A stretch of DNA of 63,527 nt. It comes from Nanobdellati archaeon. Its GTDB lineage: Archaea > B1Sed10-29 > JAGVWA01. The DNA lies in contig JAGVWA010000005.1 in the NCBI GenBank assembly GCA_018304505.1, forward strand, positions 1 to 63,527, given 5' to 3'. The position numbers were made by a program, and so were the translations under genes. Below are positions 17,995 through 27,617 of the stretch, piece by piece. Positions within the stretch are counted from its first letter, which is position 1, and the number at the start of each line of letters is the position of its first letter. The notes beneath the pieces were generated by a model. That model was not told the origin of the DNA, did no database searches, and was given only the letters and a program-made list of their open reading frames with translations.

Positions 17995-19179
17995 ATGAAA
18001 GAAGCAACGCAAGCCGAAGTCAACATCGGCGTCGTGGGCCACGTAGACCATGGCAAAACAAGCCTCACTAAGGCCCTGACTGGAGAATGGGCAGACAGGC
18101 ACAGCGAAGAAATCAAGAGAGGCATCACCATACGCCTAGGTTACGCAGACGCGACAATATACAAATACGACGACAAAAACGAGCCTTACGGCACACAAGA
18201 AACCAACAAGTCAGGAAAAAACGGCACCCTCGTAAGGAAAGTGAGCTTCGTAGACTGCCCTGGACATGAATCGCTAATGAGCGCCATGATTTCGGGCTCT
18301 GCACTAATGGACGGCGCACTGCTGGTCATTGCGGCAAATGAGCAATGCCCACAGGAGCAAACAAAAGAGCACCTCCGTGTACTGGAACTCATAGGCCTCA
18401 AGAACATAGTGATTGTCCAAAACAAAATCGACCTGGTGACAAAGGAACAGGCCCTAAGTAATTACAAGCAAATACAAGACTTCGTTAAAAACACGATCGC
18501 AGAAAACGCACCCATAATTCCGATAGCAGCGCACTACAACCTGAACATCGGCCCGCTGCTAGAGGCAATCGAAAGCACAATCAAGACGCCAACACGAAAG
18601 GCATCAAATGACCTGAAAATGCTAATAGCGAGATCGTTCGACATCAACAAACCCGGAATTCACAAAATCGACGACATAAACGGCGGCGTCATTGGAGGCT
18701 CAATAATATCAGGCAAACTCGCTGTAGGTGATGAGATAGAAATCGTGCCCGGGATAAACAACAAACCCCTCAGGACAAAGGTAATGAGCCTCTCAGTCAA
18801 AGGCGGCCAACTCAAGGAAGCAGTGAATGGCGGCCTCGTCGGCGTAGGAACCCTCCTGGACCCTGCAATGACAAAAGGCGACAGGCTCATAGGCAGCGTC
18901 CTAGGATACCCCGAAAAAACACCACCCGTAAAAGCCCTCCTGGAATTGGAAACCACGCTCATAAACAGGGAGCCAAAAGTCGACCCAATAAAACCCCAAG
19001 AACTACTAGTGCTCAACGTTGGCACATCGACAACAGTAGGCACATCAACAAGCATAGCAGGAAACAAAATCAAGATACTGCTCAAAAAACCAGTCTCAAT
19101 AAACAATGGCGACAGAACCGCCATATCCCGAAGGATAAATGGAAAATGGACCTTAATAGGAATAGGAACACAAGCATGA
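17995..19179 (+). CDS. eif2g: Translation initiation factor aIF2 gamma
   Basis: QAEVNIGVVGHVDHGKT, HSEEIKRGITIRLGYAD, DCPGHE, QTKEHL. Confidence 0.97.
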   Translation: MKEATQAEVNIGVVGHVDHGKTSLTKALTGEWADRHSEEIKRGITIRLGYADATIYKYDDKNEPYGTQETNKSGKNGTLVRKVSFVDCPGHESLMSAMISGSALMDGALLVIAANEQCPQEQTKEHLRVLELIGLKNIVIVQNKIDLVTKEQALSNYKQIQDFVKNTIAENAPIIPIAAHYNLNIGPLLEAIESTIKTPTRKASNDLKMLIARSFDINKPGIHKIDDINGGVIGGSIISGKLAVGDEIEIVPGINNKPLRTKVMSLSVKGGQLKEAVNGGLVGVGTLLDPAMTKGDRLIGSVLGYPEKTPPVKALLELETTLINREPKVDPIKPQELLVLNVGTSTTVGTSTSIAGNKIKILLKKPVSINNGDRTAISRRINGKWTLIGIGTQA

Positions 19180-19532
19180 TAATACTACTAGACACAAACA
19201 TACTGGCAGCAATACACCAATTCAACATAGACATAATCACAAAAATCCAAGAAACGGAACCGGGAGCGCAGATACAAACAATCAGAAGCGTCATCAACGA
19301 ACTAAAAAACCTGAATGACAAACAGGCCGCGAAACTCGCGCTCGCCATCATAAAACAAAAAAAGATACCCGTGATCGAAAGCGAAGGAAGCGCAGACACA
19401 GAGCTAGTAAGAATCGCAAAGGAAAAAAACGCAGCAATTGCAACTAACGACAAAGACCTCAAGAAAAAAGCAAAACAACAGGGCATCCCTGTTTACGGGA
19501 TGAGGAAAAAACAAACCATACAACCGATATAA
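19176..19532 (+). CDS. PIN-domain protein (Fcf1/Utp24-like)
   Basis: ILLDTNIL, ADTELV, IATNDKDL; conserved position between eif2g and rpoE. Confidence 0.88.
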   Translation: MIILLDTNILAAIHQFNIDIITKIQETEPGAQIQTIRSVINELKNLNDKQAAKLALAIIKQKKIPVIESEGSADTELVRIAKEKNAAIATNDKDLKKKAKQQGIPVYGMRKKQTIQPI

Positions 19533-19639
19533 AAGCGACAAGAAACCGAAACAAAACATAAATGACAACGACAACATTAACAATCCAAGAAAAAGAATCC
19601 AAGAATTGCATTAAAAGACATGCCGGAGGCGAATAAACA

Positions 19640-20239
19640 ATGTATAATCTGGTAACCATAAAAGACACAATTAGAATACCACCAAACCTCTTTTCGAGCA
19701 ACATCGAAGAGTCCGTGCTATCCGCACTCAGACACCAATACGAGAACAGGCTCGACAAGAAACTCGGAGTCGTCATTACGGTGACGAACCCGAAAAACAT
19801 AAGCGACGGAAAAATAATACTAGGCGACGGCGCAAGTTATCACGACGTCGAATTTGACCTCGTAACATTCAAACCAGAACTCCACGAAGTCATACACGCA
19901 AAGGTCACAGACCTGCAAGAATTTGGGCCGTTCATACGCTTCGGCCCAATAGAAGGACTCGTTCACGTGTCTCAGGTAACAGACGACTTCATGAGCATGA
20001 ACCAACAAACAGGCGCGCTCTCAGGAAAGGAATCCAAAAGGGTTCTCAAGGTCGGGGACGAGGTATACGCGCGCGTCATTGCAGTGTCACTAAAAGACAA
20101 CGCGAGCGAGTCAAAGATCAACCTGACAATGAGACAAGCAGGACTAGGAAACCCTGAATGGGCAAAGCTCGCGGAAAAGAAAAAGGAAGCCAAAACGCAG
20201 GAACCAAAAGCGCCAAAAAAAGGGGCTAAAAAGAAGTGA
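19640..20239 (+). CDS. rpoE: RNA polymerase subunit E' (Rpo7)
   Basis: KDTIRIPP, GDGASYH, GPIEGLVHVSQV, LTMRQAGLG. Confidence 0.96.
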   Translation: MYNLVTIKDTIRIPPNLFSSNIEESVLSALRHQYENRLDKKLGVVITVTNPKNISDGKIILGDGASYHDVEFDLVTFKPELHEVIHAKVTDLQEFGPFIRFGPIEGLVHVSQVTDDFMSMNQQTGALSGKESKRVLKVGDEVYARVIAVSLKDNASESKINLTMRQAGLGNPEWAKLAEKKKEAKTQEPKAPKKGAKKK

Positions 20240-20245
20240 TGAAAA

Positions 20246-20437
20246 ATGGCAGAAAAAGCATGTAAGAACTGCAGGCTCCTGGTTTCAGAGGGTGACATAT
20301 GCCCACTGTGCAAGGAGTCAAACCTGACAAAGAGCTGGAAAGGTTACGTTATCGTAATGAATCCAGAAAAATCAGAGATTGCACAAAAACTAGAGATCAA
20401 AGTACCAGGCAAATACGCAATACGGATAACAAAATAA
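20246..20437 (+). CDS. spt4: Transcription elongation factor Spt4 (RpoE'')
   Basis: KACKNC...CPLC, WKGYVIVMNPEKSEIA, PGKYAI. Confidence 0.96.
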   Translation: MAEKACKNCRLLVSEGDICPLCKESNLTKSWKGYVIVMNPEKSEIAQKLEIKVPGKYAIRITK

Positions 20438-20454
20438 ACAAAAGGGTGAAATAA

Positions 20455-20787
20455 GTGAAAATCGAAATCATAAACGAGAAAAACAACCCTCTGCTTCACC
20501 GCAAGGAAATTCACGCGACAATAAAGGACTACAAAAAAACCCCAACAAGAAAGGAGATTATTGAATCAGTGACAGCGCAACTGAAAGCAAAGCAAGAACA
20601 AGTAGCTGTAGACCCAATACAGCAGGCCTACGGAAAAAACGAAGCAAGGGCGTACATAAAGATCTACGAAAACGAAGAAAAACGAAAAGCCATTGAAAAG
20701 GCGTACAAACTTAAACGGGTTGCAGAGGAAAAACCAGCAGAATCTCCGGCAGAAAAACCAAAGGAAACACAAGAAAAAACCGAATGA
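20455..20787 (+). CDS. rps24e: 30S ribosomal protein eS24
   Basis: EKNNPLLHRKEI, TPTRKEI, AYIKIY. Confidence 0.93.
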   Translation: MKIEIINEKNNPLLHRKEIHATIKDYKKTPTRKEIIESVTAQLKAKQEQVAVDPIQQAYGKNEARAYIKIYENEEKRKAIEKAYKLKRVAEEKPAESPAEKPKETQEKTE

Positions 20788-20806
20788 CACGATGAGGTGA
20801 AACAAA

Positions 20807-20980
20807 ATGGGAAAGAAACCACAGAAAGAGAAAGCGCCAAAACCACAAATCGGCAAGCACTACCAAGAAGGCAAAAAGAAGGACTCAACTTGCCCTAAAT
20901 GCGGAGAAGGAAACTTCCTTGCAGAACACCATGATAGGTTGCACTGCGGCAAATGCGGATACACTAGGTGGAAAAAATAA
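20807..20980 (+). CDS. rps27ae: 30S ribosomal protein eS31 (S27ae, 57 aa, below ORF-track cutoff)
   Basis: Hand translation ...[25 protein letters not shown]. Confidence 0.94.
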   Translation: MGKKPQKEKAPKPQIGKHYQEGKKKDSTCPKCGEGNFLAEHHDRLHCGKCGYTRWKK

Positions 20981-21516
20981 TGTCCGCTGTGGCGTCTACG
21001 CTCATCCTGTATGCAGCAATGCTCATCGTCACATACATTAGCATAGGCAGACCCAAGTCAATCAAAGAAGCCCTGTCAAGGGTCGGCTTTAAAGACACAA
21101 ACATAGAAAAACAAATCGCGCTCGCCATCTACTATCTTGTTATCATGTTCATCGCGACCTTCGCAATTGAAGGCGCGCTTCATTATCTCGGTTTTGCAGA
21201 AGACCTCAGCATCGTGCCAAGGACCCTGCTGAAACAAAACCCACTCGATTTGCTCATCTTGGCAATGGCAGCTGGCTTTGTCGAAGAAATCTTTTTCAGG
21301 GGATACCTCCAGAGACAAACAAACATCATCTTTGCAAGCTTCATGTTCGCCCTTGCCCACCTTGGTTTTGGAAGCATCAGCGAAGTCATAGGTGTGTTCG
21401 TCCTGGGCATCATACTTGGCATAGAATACAAAAAATCAGGATCTCTCTTTGCCCCCGTACTCTCGCACTACCTGTACGACTTCATTGTTTTAACAGCAAT
21501 ATTCGGGATAGGATAG
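20980..21516 (+). CDS. CPBP/Abi (CAAX protease-like) intramembrane metalloprotease
   Basis: EEIFFRG, FALAH, HYLYD motifs with TM helices. Confidence 0.88.
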   Translation: MSAVASTLILYAAMLIVTYISIGRPKSIKEALSRVGFKDTNIEKQIALAIYYLVIMFIATFAIEGALHYLGFAEDLSIVPRTLLKQNPLDLLILAMAAGFVEEIFFRGYLQRQTNIIFASFMFALAHLGFGSISEVIGVFVLGIILGIEYKKSGSLFAPVLSHYLYDFIVLTAIFGIG

Positions 21517-21518
21517 TA

Positions 21519-22463
21519 ATGACCACCCTGGGAATTGAATGCACAGCCCATACATTCGGAATCGGCATAATCAAAGACAACAAGATCATTGCCAACGAAT
21601 TCGATATGTACAAGCCGGAAAAAGGGGGAATTGTTCCGGCAGACGCGGCGCAACACCACCGCAGCGTTGCGCAACAGGTTCTTGAAAACGCATTGCAGAA
21701 AGCCAACATTTCAATTAAAGACATCGACCAAATTGCACTGTCAACTGGGCCCGGTTTGCCGCCATGCCTCGTGGCAGGAATGGAATTCGCAAAATCATTA
21801 AGCAAGCCAATAATTCCAGTCAATCATTGCATAGCCCACATAGAAATCGGCAAGCAAACCCTCAAGTTCAAGGACCCCCTTATAGTTTACAGTTCCGGAG
21901 CAAATACGCAGATCATTGCACAGCAAGGCAACAGATACGCGATCTTCGGGGAATGCATTGACATCGGCATTGGAAACGCGATAGACAAGTTCGCGCGCTC
22001 AATAGGTTTGCCAATGCCTGGTGGACCAAAAATCGAGCAGCTGGCTTTACTTGGTAAGAAGTACATCGATTTGCCTTACACTGTCAAGGGCATGGACCTC
22101 GTGTTCTCGGGCCTCGTCACCGCTGCCAGCAAAAAGGCAAAAACCGAGAAGCTGGAAGACATGGCCTACAGTTTCCAGGAAACCATATTCGCAATGCTTA
22201 CCGAGGTTACAGAACGCGCCCTGGCGCATACTAAGAAAACCGAAGTCCTGCTAACTGGAGGGGTTGCCAAAAACCGCAGGCTGCAAACCATGCTGAGCGA
22301 AATGGCAAAACTCCACAACGCACAATTCGGCGTGCCGCAAGACGAGTACCTGGGGGACAACGGCGCCATGATCTCCCTCGTCGGGTCGCTATCAAAAAAC
22401 CCACAAAAAGACATTGACATAAACCCAAATTGGCGCACTGACCAGGTTGAACTTACGTGGTAA
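21519..22463 (+). CDS. kae1: tRNA t6A synthase Kae1
   Basis: LGIECTAHT, HCIAHIE, SGANTQ, IGNAIDKFAR, DNGAMI. Confidence 0.95.
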   Translation: MTTLGIECTAHTFGIGIIKDNKIIANEFDMYKPEKGGIVPADAAQHHRSVAQQVLENALQKANISIKDIDQIALSTGPGLPPCLVAGMEFAKSLSKPIIPVNHCIAHIEIGKQTLKFKDPLIVYSSGANTQIIAQQGNRYAIFGECIDIGIGNAIDKFARSIGLPMPGGPKIEQLALLGKKYIDLPYTVKGMDLVFSGLVTAASKKAKTEKLEDMAYSFQETIFAMLTEVTERALAHTKKTEVLLTGGVAKNRRLQTMLSEMAKLHNAQFGVPQDEYLGDNGAMISLVGSLSKNPQKDIDINPNWRTDQVELTW

Positions 22464-22525
22464 GGCCCAGGGAAGACAAAGCTTTAAAGAACAAACTCCT
22501 CAAAATACAAAACGGTGATAAAACA

Positions 22526-23650
22526 ATGGAAGAAGCAATTAAAATGTTCGACGCATACGGACCCGCAAAAATCGTAGAAGTATACAACCCCCGCGTGGGC
22601 ATGCGAGGCATCCTCGTAATAGACTCTACTGCACTGGGCCCGGGCAAGGGTGGCATCAGAATGACGCCGACAGTCGACAAGGAAGAGGTCTTTCGTTTAG
22701 CGAGGACAATGACGCTAAAAAACGCCATGGCAGACTTGCCATTCGGAGGCGCAAAGTCAGGAATCATAGCCAACCCACACGACTTTTCAAACGAAAAAAA
22801 ACAGGAAATCGTGGCAGCGTTCGCCAAGGCACTACGGAACCTCTCGCCGTCCGAATACATCGCCGCTCCAGACATCAGCATGGCAGAAGAAGAAATGCGC
22901 ACATACGCAACCGCAAACGGAGACCTAAAATCATGCACAGGCAAGCCCGCAGATCTCGGAGGAATCCCGCACGAGCTCGGCAGCACAGGCTTTGGAGTTT
23001 ATCACGCAGCAAAGGTAGCGCTCGCCCACTATGGAATGGACATTTCAAAGACAACGTTCGCAGTAGAGGGCTTCGGCAATGTAGGCACCTTTGTCGTGAA
23101 ATACATTACTGAAAACGGTGGCAACGTCATCGCAGTCTCAGACAGCAAAGGCACGATCATAAACAGCAACGGCTTTGACTATGAGAAACTAATGAAAACC
23201 AAGCAGGAACAAAGAACCGTCACAGCATATGGCGAAGGTGAAGTCAAGCCACCACACGAAATCCTAAACGTGCAAGCAGACGTCCTAATAACAGCAGCTG
23301 TTCCTGATTTAATAAAACACACCGATGTGCCAAACATAAAATTCAAACTCATTGTCGAGGGTTCAAACATCGCGATGAAACATGACGTTGAAGAGGCTCT
23401 GGTAAAAAAAGGCGTGCACATCATTCCCGATTTTGTCGCAAATGCAGGGGGTGTCATTTCAAGCTACGTCGAACACATAGGCGGAACCCCAGAGCAGATG
23501 TTCAAACTCGTGGAAGACAAGATCATCAACAACACAAAACTTGTTTTTGAGCAGATGAAAAAAACAAAAACAGAGTGTGCAAGGTGCACAGCGACCGACA
23601 TCGCGCTAGCCCGCGTGAAGGAAAAATGTGACATCTGCTTAATTGAATAA
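22526..23650 (+). CDS. gdhA: Glu/Leu/Phe/Val dehydrogenase
   Basis: GPGKGGIR, GGAKSGI, APD, VEGFGNVG, DFVANAGGV. Confidence 0.9.
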   Translation: MEEAIKMFDAYGPAKIVEVYNPRVGMRGILVIDSTALGPGKGGIRMTPTVDKEEVFRLARTMTLKNAMADLPFGGAKSGIIANPHDFSNEKKQEIVAAFAKALRNLSPSEYIAAPDISMAEEEMRTYATANGDLKSCTGKPADLGGIPHELGSTGFGVYHAAKVALAHYGMDISKTTFAVEGFGNVGTFVVKYITENGGNVIAVSDSKGTIINSNGFDYEKLMKTKQEQRTVTAYGEGEVKPPHEILNVQADVLITAAVPDLIKHTDVPNIKFKLIVEGSNIAMKHDVEEALVKKGVHIIPDFVANAGGVISSYVEHIGGTPEQMFKLVEDKIINNTKLVFEQMKKTKTECARCTATDIALARVKEKCDICLIE

Positions 23651-23665
23651 CCGAACTGAGAAAAA

Positions 23666-23938
23666 ATGACGCTAAAAATAATCCACAACAGGCCCGGCTG
23701 TATCGGATGCGCAGCCTGCGCAGCAATCAAACCCGAATTCTGGGCAATGGAGTCTGACGGGAAATCACATCTTGTAGACTCTGACAAAATCAAGAACCAA
23801 GACAACCCACAGGGAGATGACTGGGAAGAACTTGAAATTGATCAACACGAACTAGACGATAATATGATGGCCGCGGAAGTATGCCCTGTAAATGTTATAC
23901 ACATCAGAGATGAGGACCGAAACGAAGACTTGATCTAA
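23666..23938 (+). CDS. Single-cluster ferredoxin
   Basis: CIGCAAC...CPVNVI. Confidence 0.9.
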   Translation: MTLKIIHNRPGCIGCAACAAIKPEFWAMESDGKSHLVDSDKIKNQDNPQGDDWEELEIDQHELDDNMMAAEVCPVNVIHIRDEDRNEDLI

Positions 23939-23969
23939 AAACCGCTCGAATACTCTTTACTAACTCCGC

Positions 23970-24176
23970 TCACTCAGTTTTATTCCGGAAATCTTCGAAT
24001 TCAAACTCCCCCTCGTCATCTTCATCAATATCTCCAAATTCTTTATCCCACGAATCAATATCCTCTAAGTCTTCAAGGCTAATACCATTGGCGTCAAGCC
24101 AAGTAAGAGAATCGGCGATCTGCTTCACTAACGCGCGCTTTTCTTTAATACTCAATTCCGTTTCATGAGTCCACAT
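23970..24176 (-). CDS. Small highly acidic orphan protein, Met-Trp-start family (MW-8)
   Basis: ATG-TGG at 24176 after GGGGGA; 68 aa with D/E-rich C-terminus. Confidence 0.62.
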   Translation of the reverse strand: MWTHETELSIKEKRALVKQIADSLTWLDANGISLEDLEDIDSWDKEFGDIDEDDEGEFEFEDFRNKTE

Positions 24177-24266
24177 ACCAATAATTCCCCCGTGCACAAA
24201 TAGAGTGCCCAAACCATATATTACTATGTGCGCAGCCTTTTATAGTCCCGCTGATTTTTGTAAACA

Positions 24267-24989
24267 ATGGCAAAACAAAAAGCTGTCACGCACATTAAAA
24301 ATCACGAGCGGCAAGGCGTAATCGCAAGGTATATTCGAAGCGCCAGCTTCGGATTCAATGATGGTTTAGTCTCTACGATTGTCTTTTTGGCGGGCATCAC
24401 AGGGGCAATCAAAAGCGGCCCCTTGATCTTATTTGTTGGCATTATCGCAGCGTTTGGGGCAGCCACATCAATGTTCCTAGGCGAATACATATCCACAAAG
24501 AGCCAACAGGAAACTTACCTTGCAGAGAAGAAACGCGAATCGCGTGAGGTCGAGGAAATGCCTGAAGAAGAGCGCGCGGAAATACGAAGCATCTACTCAA
24601 AAATGGGCTACAGCGGGAAAAAACTCGAAGACATAGTAAAAACGATAACAAGCGACAAGAAACTCTGGATCGACACCATGATGAAATACGAACTTGGGTT
24701 AACGTACGAAAGCGGCGCGCCGTGGAGAAAAGCAAGCGTGATGTTCGTAGTATTCATGATCGGCGCACTCATCCCCTTGACGCCCTTCGCGCTCATGCCA
24801 CCAATAACCGCGCTCGAAATTTCTATATCACTGTCGCTAATAATTGCGTTCATTGTCGGCGCAGCCAAAACCAGGGTAACAATGAAGAACCCGCTAACGT
24901 CAGGCTTAGAACTGTCCGCCATCGCCGGAATCGGCATCATAATAACATACTACATTGGCAGTGTTGTATCACAGCTAATCTCAATATAG
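24267..24989 (+). CDS. VIT1/CCC1-family iron/manganese transporter
   Basis: FGFNDGLVS, SMFLGEYIS, E-rich cytosolic metal-binding loop. Confidence 0.92.
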   Translation: MAKQKAVTHIKNHERQGVIARYIRSASFGFNDGLVSTIVFLAGITGAIKSGPLILFVGIIAAFGAATSMFLGEYISTKSQQETYLAEKKRESREVEEMPEEERAEIRSIYSKMGYSGKKLEDIVKTITSDKKLWIDTMMKYELGLTYESGAPWRKASVMFVVFMIGALIPLTPFALMPPITALEISISLSLIIAFIVGAAKTRVTMKNPLTSGLELSAIAGIGIIITYYIGSVVSQLISI

Positions 24990-25007
24990 TGGAGGAGATA
25001 AGAAATT

Positions 25008-26474
25008 ATGAAAACTTACGGAATACTCATAGACGGAAAATGGCAACCATCCTCAAGTGGAAAAACATTCGACTCAATCAACCCGAGCAGTGAAAAATCC
25101 ATCGGCAAGTTCCAGCAAGGCAACGAAAAAGATGTCGACAGGGCAGTCGCTGCAGCCAAGAAGGCATACGAATCATGGCGCTTGATGCCACCGACAGAAC
25201 GCGCAGACATACTGCTCGAAGCCGCACTCATCTTGCAACGAGACAAAACGCACTACGGCGAACTCGTTTCAATTGAAATGGGAAAACAACTCAAGGAAGG
25301 CCTTTCTGATGTGCAGGAAGCAATCGACACGTTCAAGTATTTCCACGGCGAAGGCAGGAGAATGTTCGGCCACACCACAACCAGTGAACTGCAAAACAAA
25401 GCAGCATACACAATAAGGATTCCAATAGGGGTCTGTGGACTCATTACGCCGTGGAACTTTCCAGTAGCGATTCCATCGTGGAAGCTCGGCCCAGCGCTGG
25501 TTTGCGGCAACACAGTAGTATTCAAACCAAGCAGCGACACCCCCCTCAATGCAATCGAACTAGTAAAAGTACTCGAAAAAGCAGGAATCCCAAAAGGCGT
25601 CATCAACCTCGTCACTGGCCCAGGGAGTACGGTAGGCAAGCGCCTCGTTGAGCATCCCGATGTGCGCATGATTAGTTTCACGGGCAGCAAGGCAACCGGG
25701 GAATGGATCACAAAAAACGCAGGCGTGAAAAAAATAGGTCTAGAGTTAGGAAGCAAGAACCCGATCATTGTAATGGATGACGCCAATCTTGATTTGGCAG
25801 TTGAAGGCACAGTATGGGCCGCCTTTGGGACAACCGGCCAAAGATGCACCGCCGCAAGCCGAGTAATAGTACACAAGAAAATCCAAAAAGCGTTCGAGAA
25901 AAAACTCGTCGCAGCTGCACAAAAACTAAAAATCGGGAATGCCCTGACCCATGAAATCGGGCCCCTTGTAAACAAGCGTGCGCAAGACAAGGTACAGAAC
26001 TACGTAGACATAGGAAAGAAACAAAAAGCCAAGCTGTTGTGTGGAGGCAAGCGCGGCCATGGGTTGTTTTATCCGCCGACAATCTTCACAGAAGTTACAC
26101 CGAAAATGACGATTGCGCAAGAAGAAATCTTCGGCCCGGTGACTGCAATCATGCCAGTAAATAACTTAACAGAAGCAATCAAGGTCGCGAACAGCGTCGA
26201 CTACGGTTTGTCTAGTTCAATTTTCACGCAAGACATCAACAACGCCATGACAGCAATTAGGGATCTGGATTTTGGCATCACCTACATTAACAGCTCGACA
26301 ATCGGCTCTGAGGTACACTTGCCCTTCGGCGGCACAAAAGGCACAGGCAATGGAACCCGGGAAGCTGGCTGGGCTGGCGTCGAAGAGTTCAGCGAAAACA
26401 AGACCGTGTACATTGACTATTCCGGAAAGTTGCAGAAGGCGCAGATGAAAGACTCCGGCCCGCGAAAAAAATAA
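25008..26474 (+). CDS. NAD(P)-dependent aldehyde dehydrogenase
   Basis: ITPWNFP, FTGS, ELGSKNP, GQRCTA, EEIFGPV. Confidence 0.95.
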   Translation: MKTYGILIDGKWQPSSSGKTFDSINPSSEKSIGKFQQGNEKDVDRAVAAAKKAYESWRLMPPTERADILLEAALILQRDKTHYGELVSIEMGKQLKEGLSDVQEAIDTFKYFHGEGRRMFGHTTTSELQNKAAYTIRIPIGVCGLITPWNFPVAIPSWKLGPALVCGNTVVFKPSSDTPLNAIELVKVLEKAGIPKGVINLVTGPGSTVGKRLVEHPDVRMISFTGSKATGEWITKNAGVKKIGLELGSKNPIIVMDDANLDLAVEGTVWAAFGTTGQRCTAASRVIVHKKIQKAFEKKLVAAAQKLKIGNALTHEIGPLVNKRAQDKVQNYVDIGKKQKAKLLCGGKRGHGLFYPPTIFTEVTPKMTIAQEEIFGPVTAIMPVNNLTEAIKVANSVDYGLSSSIFTQDINNAMTAIRDLDFGITYINSSTIGSEVHLPFGGTKGTGNGTREAGWAGVEEFSENKTVYIDYSGKLQKAQMKDSGPRKK

Positions 26475-26476
26475 TT

Positions 26477-26665
26477 CTAACCAAACAGCAACACTGCAAT
26501 ACCAAAAAGAAAAACCGCCATCGCCAAGCGCCACATCCTAATGTGCTGAAAGGCCTCGACGTCCTGGAACTTTTTCTCCAACCTCAGGATTAACTGCCAG
26601 TAGTACAACGTAGCGCCAAGGCCCGTAACAATCAATATCCATGCAAGCGGATCAACCAAACCCAT
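26477..26665 (-). CDS. Small two-TM membrane protein
   Basis: Two hydrophobic helices; fills the gap between ALDH and EndoIV. Confidence 0.6.
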   Translation of the reverse strand: MGLVDPLAWILIVTGLGATLYYWQLILRLEKKFQDVEAFQHIRMWRLAMAVFLFGIAVLLFG

Positions 26666-26718
26666 GATCCAAACAAGGAACCGCAGGTATATAAATCTTC
26701 AACCCCATAATAAGGCCG

Positions 26719-27552
26719 ATGAAAGAACTGCTCTTCGGCACAGCCGGAATCCCATTTTCCACAGAACCCAGAAACACCGTTAATGGCGTCATTACAGCCA
26801 GAAAACTTGGCCTTGGATGCATGGAACTCGAGTTTGTCAGGAACGTCAACGTGTCAAAGGAAGCCGCGCCAGAAGTGAAACAGGCTGCGAAGGAAAACAA
26901 AATCGAGCTATCGTGCCACTGTTCATACTACATTAACCTCGCAGCTATAGAAAAAGAAAAGCGTGGCGCGTCCAGGTCACGATTAGTTCAAGCAGCCACG
27001 CGCCTCGATGAATCAGGCGGAACGCGCGGAGCTGTGTTCCATCCTGGGTTCTACATGAAACGCGACGCGCCAACAGTGTACCCAATAGTGCTAGAACAGA
27101 TGAAAAAAGCACGTAAGGAACTTGATGACAAAGGCCACAACGTAACACTTCGGCCTGAGACATCCGGCAAACTCGCTGGCTGGGGCACACTAAAAGAAAC
27201 CCTTCGCGTTTGCAACGAAGTCGAGAATACCCTGCCATGCATTGACATATCACACTTGCACGCGATAACGCAGGGCGGCTACAACAAAAAAACAGAATTC
27301 GAAGACCTCTTTAACGATGTCGAGAAAGAGCTAGGAAAACAGGCACTGAGGGACATGCACTTCCACGCGCAAGGCATTGAGTATACAGAGCGCGGCGAAC
27401 GGAATCACTTGCCAATAGACGAAAGCGACTTCAACTACAGGGACTTCCTGCTCGTACTAAAGGAATACAAGATCGCTGGCACCGTGATTTGCGAAGCCCC
27501 TGACCCGGAAGCAGACGTGCTGAAGATGCACAAGATCTATCAGAAGTTATGA
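26719..27552 (+). CDS. nfo: Endonuclease IV / AP endonuclease family 2 (TIM barrel)
   Basis: ELEFV, HCSYYINL, VFHPGF, RPETSGK, CIDISHLHA, HFHAQGI. Confidence 0.88.
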   Translation: MKELLFGTAGIPFSTEPRNTVNGVITARKLGLGCMELEFVRNVNVSKEAAPEVKQAAKENKIELSCHCSYYINLAAIEKEKRGASRSRLVQAATRLDESGGTRGAVFHPGFYMKRDAPTVYPIVLEQMKKARKELDDKGHNVTLRPETSGKLAGWGTLKETLRVCNEVENTLPCIDISHLHAITQGGYNKKTEFEDLFNDVEKELGKQALRDMHFHAQGIEYTERGERNHLPIDESDFNYRDFLLVLKEYKIAGTVICEAPDPEADVLKMHKIYQKL

Positions 27553-27617
27553 CTGTTTTTCTCGGAAACCACTCACCACAATGTTTTTAAACAAACTTAC
27601 ACACAAATAAAATCATA

